In this document: positions 57,875 to 64,000 of the stretch, in pieces
How positions within the stretch are numbered: position 1 is the first letter of the stretch
Layout: each line of letters begins with the position of its first letter
Source of the DNA: Lingula anatina
Taxonomy: Eukaryota; Animalia; Brachiopoda
Length of the DNA: 64,000 bases
Assembly (NCBI GenBank): GCA_051362555.1
Contig: CM120647.1
Span: forward strand, 2,356,001-2,420,000
Reading direction: 5' to 3'
Notes under the pieces: generated by a model
What the model was told of the DNA's origin: nothing
Databases searched by the model: none
Seen by the model: the letters and a program-made list of their open reading frames with translations, nothing else
Position numbers and translations under genes: made by a program

Positions 57875-58416
57875 GTTTTGCTTACTGGAGCTGATGGCGT
57901 AGCAGCAGCGTTTTTTGGGCTGAAAACTGTAAGATCGATTTCAAGATCTCCTTCACCTGAACATAATATGCATGTGTCATGTGGGGCTCAGCTAGACCAG
58001 TTTTATTATTTCTCCAAGGCGGCTGAACTACCAGCCCCGAAGTACTGTACACTGCACTGCACCTACGTGTATGGTGAATGTTCACATTTTCTCTTTCCGT
58101 TTGTAAAGACGACGCACACCCACAACATAATGTGCAGCGAGTTGTGACAGATATTGGTTCACTATGTGCCGTATCCCGCCCCTCCCTTGTACTTTAACCC
58201 TGATAACCCTTATGTACACAAGCAAGCTGTCTGAAATTTCAGTTGACTAGTCAACTGTATCATTTATGGCAGCAGTTTCAATAAAATTTTGTTTAGGACT
58301 TCCAGACTTTATAAAAGAAATAGGCGTTTAAGTGGGGGGGGGGGGTTGATTTCACAACCCCACTAGTATTTTAGAGGGCTAACGGTGCCATTTGCTACGG
58401 TCTAGAACTATGATTA

Positions 58417-58526
58417 AGCTAGTCAAAATTCTAATATCAAGAGAGGAGTATTGGTGTGGTTTAATTTTCAAGAACTGAAGGGGGGAAGGGCAAGACCTCC
58501 CTGACACCCCCCTAAACCCGCCACTG
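58417..58526 (+). mobile_element. Dispersed repeat fragment (MITE-like right end); second copy at 61343-61444
   Basis: AGCTAGTCAAAAT..TAAT.TCAAGAG.GGA.TAT.GGTGTG...CTGA.GGGGG..GGCAAGACC.CCCTGAC.CCCCC is shared by both loci. The first copy ends CCGCCACTG. Confidence 0.6.
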
Positions 58527-60619
58527 CTTAGGCTGCAGTGTTTTGCCTGTGCTGCGGTCTCGGCCTCATTGTGACGGCTAGCACAAAATTCATGCGTTGT
58601 ACTGGTTGTGCTTACAGGTCTCAAAAAGTGTTAACTTTCGACTAGTTTGCGCTCCCACAAAAAAGAAGAAGGAGGAGAAGAAGAAATAGAAGAACCAGCC
58701 CGTTCCTTCTTGTGTTGACGTGAAAAAAGTGGGCAGCTGCAGGGGGCTTTAAAAACACCATTCTTTTTATAGCCCGCACTCCGACTGCCTTGGGCAGCCG
58801 TAGGTGTGTGAGGAGAGAGCTTTCCCCCAATATATTTTTGAATTAAGTCATTGATTTGTGATTTAATCATGCAAACCAAATATTGGTCTTCAAAATGGAA
58901 AACAGACTGCCTTGTATGAATAAAATTAACAATCCTAGGCGGGACTAGTCTCTATAGTAGACGGCGTATGGAGTATTGCTCTCTACAAAAATTGCCCCGT
59001 TCATGGGAAGAAGCGTTACTGTCTGTCATTAAAAGACCCAGTTCAATAGAAAATGGAACGACTTTTTATATCAACCCTGTATCAATTTTGGATTCCCCGT
59101 CGATTAAATTCTAAATCATTCTTATGTATATGGAGATTAAAATAGATTAAAATAAATGAAGAGAGAGAGAGCGAGAGAGGTTGAACACTAAGAATGGAAC
59201 TATACGGCATTTCGGTATTGAGTTTACTTGTGAATGACCCTTAAATCGGGGCTTAAGTAAGCTCAGTTTCTGTGGGTATTTCTAAGGGCGAAAAAAAGGA
59301 AGCCAAGATATGAAGTTGCCTCGTGCACAATTATTTGAATGCGCTTCATTTTTTACGTACTAAAAGAGAGGAATGTCAATACTCGCCTACCGCCCCCGGT
59401 TCCTCTGTCTGAACCCCTTTGACTTATCTGCTGACAAACCGACTTTTCTCGACCTGAGCTCAAAACTAATCTGGGTTATATAGAAACAAGTGAAAGATGT
59501 TTCTCTATGATAGATTAGTTGAAAAAAAATACCGAGAGAAAAAAGCTTTTTAGTGTCACTTGCGGTATGAAACATTATATATAAAATATACATATTAAAA
59601 AGCAAAAAGCATGCCAGGAAATCTCTTACATTATAATATGCGCCTTCGGACAAGCAAAGATGTTGTTGTAAATGCTGAATTAATTTTGTTTTTACATAAA
59701 AATAGAATAAAATAAATTAGATAAAAAAGTATGTTTTCAAGTAAATATTCGATCAAATATTAAATCTTGTAGCATCCATTTTATATATAATGAAAATATA
59801 ATTTTTACCAATGTGATGAAATAAGGTATAAAATATTGAACGAACAACTTCATTATATGAAACCAAGAATTTCAAGTCTTTGATTAAACCAGTCCGACTT
59901 ATTCCACTAATAGTTTAATAAATTTCACACGTTATTGAAATCTGGAGTTTTTATACTTATGAAGATTAAAGCTCGAAAGATTGTTAACGCATTGCATAAA
60001 ATTGTTTTCAGTTTTAATTTGTCAGTTTTAATTGTGTAGTTTATTTGAAAAAAAAAACAGTTTTCACGCACGCTCCTGTCAATATACAGAGACGGGCTAC
60101 TTATTGCCCCGGCCCTTTATAAGGAACGAACAAAACCGGTACTTTCTAATTTTACCTGGCCACTAACATCATTATCTCGGCTTTTTTTCCTCTCCGTAGC
60201 TCATGAAAAATGACAAGGTTTACTTTTTATACCATTCGTTTATTAAAAATGATCCAAAAATATTCATTGGGTGTAAAAGAACATGAGTATGATTAAAGTA
60301 ATATGTTCAGTTCGTATACGAAGTTCCGATTTCGTACGAGCACCAAAGAAAGGATTATATGGAGCAACAAACATCGACAACAACGTTAATTCATGTATAG
60401 TCATTTTACACCATATCCAGAAAAAGAATGACAACTGATTTTAGTACAATTACAAACGCCTGTGAAAGAACCCAGGACTTTTTCACGTCGTTAATTTTCA
60501 GGCTCTCGGTTGAAATAAAGAGCCCGACGTTTTTTAACTCCCTGCAAAAAAAAGAAAATAGAATGCCCCCTACTTCCAGAATGTTACGACATGTATTGTT
60601 ATAGACAGGTATGAATCAA

Positions 60620-60997
60620 ACAGGCTAATTCAACTTTGATGGAAGCTGTCAAGCGCACACGGCTATAAATGAAAATTTTTTAAACAAACGTCAAACACAT
60701 TACTACACTGTTCTCTCCGAACATGTAAAACTCCAATATCCTTTGATAGACAAGATGCCAATCAAATTAATTAATTTTGATAGTTGCTGTCAAGTAATAA
60801 CATCTTGATTGGCAGGTTATATAAACAAACGTCAATCACAATCATTACACTGGAATCACTATAGTTGTCGAACACATTTAGTTCAAGCTTCCTACACCCT
60901 TTGATTGACAAGGTGCCAATCAAATTCAGTTAGTTTTGATAGTTGCTGTCAAGTAATAACAGCTTGATTGGCAGGTTATATAAACAAACGTCAATCA
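60620..60997. repeat. Degenerate ~141-159 bp tandem repeat (2-3 copies)
   Basis: TAAACAAACGTCAA at 60681, 60822 and 60981. The block TTTTGATAGTTGCTGTCAAGTAATAACA.CTTGATTGGCAGGTTATATAAACAAACG is duplicated. Confidence 0.85.
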
Positions 60998-61456
60998 TCG
61001 CGCGCTGTGATTTCTTTCGCTGTGAAACAGTGATTACGTCGAAAGAGAGCGCTAAAATCTGAAGTTAGTAATTAACTTGCAAAATATTTCAAGAGAAAAT
61101 GTGCAACATGTTTCCAAAACTAGTTCTCTTTTTGAACCCTACAGCGTGTCTAATACGACACTCTAGATTACAAACTATTTTGTAAAAAGAAGAATTTAGC
61201 AAAAGAAACCATTTTAAAACCGATTCAAATAAAGAAATATGACATTTGACGTTATTCTGGAGGTAGCGCATTAATCCCTTAATAGTCTCTGAATGACATT
61301 CATTGGCATTCATTGAGAGACCATTAAATACCTTGCTCTCTTAGCTAGTCAAAATCCTAATTTCAAGAGGGGAATATAGGTGTGATATACTTTTCTATAA
61401 CCGACTGAGGGGGGGGGGGGAGGCAAGACCCCCCTGACCCCCCTCTGAGGTTATTA

Positions 61457-61490
61457 TACAGGGTGTATAAAAAAAAGTGAACACTTAGAA
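61457..61490 (+). mobile_element. Possible solo Tc1/mariner-type terminus
   Basis: TA followed by CAGGGTGT, typical of Tc1/mariner MITE ends. No matching inverted end was found in the window. Confidence 0.3.
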
Positions 61491-62018
61491 AAATATCCAA
61501 AATTTTTAAATTTTATTTCATATAACAAATGTTAATGTAAATATAGGTTCGTAGGGAAATTATGCTTCGATACACACCATGGATTGTTGTGTCTTTTCAC
61601 GTATGACTGAGCAGGATCAAATTACGTCATGAGGATCAAATTTTTGTTTCGAGAACTTTTTTTTCGCAAAAGGTTGATTAGTTGCCATGAAATGGTTCTA
61701 TCAATGGTTTTCAAATTAAAAACTTGCCAATTAACCTTTTGTTTCCTGTTATCTGCCACTTATGTTCTTTTGTCATGAACATGAACATGTTACAAAACCT
61801 TCTCCTCCACAAGTTTCAGCTGAAGCAGCATCCATATGCGTGATGACTTCTTCAAAGTTTTACCCTTAGCCTTCGTCGACCTCCGACTCTTGAGCCATTC
61901 ACACGCTCAATTCATACCGTCCAGCTCGTATCCCTTTTGTTGTGGAGGAGAACTCCTTAACATGATACAGCATCTTAGACTGAACGGTATTTCTAGATAT
62001 CCACCCCACTTGACACAA

Positions 62019-62566
62019 GCGAGACACTTGTGATCAAGCATGATACTATAAAGCCGAGATGGCTCGTATCATTCACAATGGCGAGACACCATTGATGAAA
62101 ACTCACTAAACAAAAGCGAGACACCTTTGCTTACCTTGGACCTAAGTATGAAAGGTTCTCTTATTATGTCCATGTGCTTACCAACCCCCTACGTCCCAGA
62201 ATTTTTCTTTTTTTTTTTTCATCTCGGACTCTGCAGCTGATGAAGGCCACTTAATTGTTGACCGAAAAGCGCTTTCTGCAACCAGTCCACCCTCCCCCTT
62301 CCCTCGACAGGCGAGACGCCTCTATCGTGCCAATCACGAAATGCCCTTTTCAGGGCACCCTATGTAGATCGGTATCTATAAATCTCATACTATGTAGGTG
62401 AGACACCTACCTTCCTATCAGAGACGATATTTCCTCATAATAAAAGCGAGAAGCCTAACACACTCTAAGAGTCGCTCTCTACTCTGCACGGAATGTCCTT
62501 TTCAGGGCACCCTATATATATATATCAGTGACTATAAATCTCATACCAGGCAGGCGAGACCCCTAC
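62019..62566 (+). repeat. Degenerate repeats around the hammerhead (GCGAGAC motif array; ~152-bp duplication)
   Basis: GCGAGAC at 62019, 62081, 62116, 62311 and 62554. AATG.CCTTTTCAGGGCACCCTAT occurs at ~62340 and ~62492, each followed by CTATAAATCTCATAC. Confidence 0.7.
62226..62288 (+). ncRNA. Candidate type I hammerhead ribozyme (Penelope/retrozyme-like)
   Basis: Stem I is GGACT-c-TGCAG / CTGCA-acc-AGTCC. The core CTGATGA (62237-62243) is followed by an extra A. Stem II is GGCCA/TGACC with one mismatch. GAAA lies at 62264-62267, then a palindromic short stem III AAGCGCTT and an NUH triplet UUU. Confidence 0.65.
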
Positions 62567-63421
62567 CTAACAAAAACACACGTCCTCGGAGGCCCAGCTC
62601 TGAATCGTGTTATTTTGGTAAAGTGGAATCTAACAAGGACATTAGCCCACCACCCCCAACACCCACGGTTTAAATTAAAGTGACCAGTACGGCAACCCAC
62701 CTGGCTGGGAAACCAGTGTAATGTAGTTGTATATGTAAAGGTATAAAATGATAGAAAAAATGTAGGGGTCAGTAGTCTGTACTCAGACGGAGGGCACTGT
62801 ACGCTGGTCTCTAGAAAGCAAAACATGACGTTATGTAAGGTGGTGGAGAGACCTGTGAACCCGAAGTTCCTCTCACTAAGATGCCAAGTGAATGAAATAC
62901 TATAGCAGCAGTTAGATACCCCAGCATTCAGCCTTATAAATACAGATAAACCAGGGAAAAATGGATCACTAAGCAGATGAGTGACCTCAGCCACAAGCTG
63001 ATCCCCAAGGACCCAACCTCTAAGGCTTTTATTTATAAACAACTAGGCAGATTGAGAGTGCCACAAGCAATGAGCATACAACATTTCACAAGGAAAAAGA
63101 TATGATCCCGTACGGTGGATAACGCGGTACAAAGGGGTAGGGGGTGGACTCAACTACAATTCATATCAAGTATTAAATAATACAGATTTTGCTCCGCATG
63201 TTACATTAAAACACACCGTAAAGCCATCACATGCAGTAGGCCTACTATCCAGGAACAACCACTGACACCTGTGCCAACTGACCTCAGGGTCGAGTTGCTT
63301 AGAATGTTTAAAAATAGCACAGTGAAGGCAAAATAATTCACCGTTTTATAAAAAAACATTATCAAACTAGTATATTTACTTGAAAATATTTCAGATAATT
63401 TTTTTTGATAAATTTTGTTAC

Positions 63422-63590
63422 CATAGATCTTGGTAAAGTGAAGCTGCAAGAGTACTGAGCCTGCAGTATTTGGTCTTAGGGTCAGTCTCAACATGATTGT
63501 GACGATGTCCACAAATTTCATCATATTGTGTTAGTGGAGACATTGATGAAAGATAGTAGTCTGGTTGTAACAAGGGGTTCACGTACGACC
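63422..63590 (-). CDS. Possible 169-nt coding exon of an unidentified gene
   Basis: Minus-strand acceptor TTGCTTGTCAG and donor TG|GTAACA. One frame is open (SYVNPLLQPDYYLSSMSPLTQYDEICGHRHNHVETDPKTKYCRLSTLAASLYQDL). No family was recognised. Confidence 0.25.
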
Positions 63591-64000
63591 CTGACAAGCA
63601 ATGTGAAGATAAATTTTCCTAATCCATGATGTTTAATTTTTTCTAGGTTTTCCCAGAACAAATCAGTGTGGTTTACTTTAACATTATATCACACACTTGG
63701 CCTTAAATTAGAACATTTATAATGGGGATAGGGGAAGGAAATTGCTCATTGCATGAAGATGCAACAATGATCTATCCACCATTGTGTAGCGAAAGGGTTT
63801 CTTTACAGATATATGTAATGTTTTAAAGCAAATAGTAATAATGGGCTCCATTTGTCTATGCGTTCGGACCAGTTTACCACAGTGATTTCCTTCCTAATGT
63901 GGGCGCAGTGAGAAAGTTCGTTAAAAGCAGCGCACGGCACCCACAGCTGTCTGTAGGCCTATTATACGCTTCGGGTGGATTGGAGATTAAATGGGCCTAC

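Noticed and set aside
57313-61313. Short ORFs in the low-copy flank
   Set aside because: They are 62-89 aa with no recognisable motifs, several overlap repeats, and their number is consistent with chance.

Overview
AT-rich animal (eukaryotic) genomic DNA, probably a marine invertebrate (weak inference from Helentron-type termini and recurrent TAGGCCTA motifs). No confident protein-coding gene, rRNA, tRNA or CRISPR array is present. Positions 1 to ~54,510 are the right-hand end of a large satellite array of ~192-195 bp diverged monomers (subtypes A-D, a 119-bp truncated monomer F, and a ~477-bp monomer E carrying a ~285-bp foreign insert, 35 copies). These are organised in successive higher-order repeats of ~985, 3007, 7027 and 1370-1379 bp. 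A 1,685-bp non-autonomous Helentron-like element (HINE) sits in the array and was duplicated with it (21652-23336, 28679-30363). The array ends in a ~94-bp minisatellite that carries a 15-bp exact match to the HINE terminus. The remaining ~9 kb is low-copy DNA with microsatellites, poly-G tracts, MITE-like fragments, a candidate type I hammerhead ribozyme (62226-62288) and weak minus-strand exon candidates. Nearly all ORFs in the supplied track are repeated by-products of the satellite insert. All alignments were done by eye.
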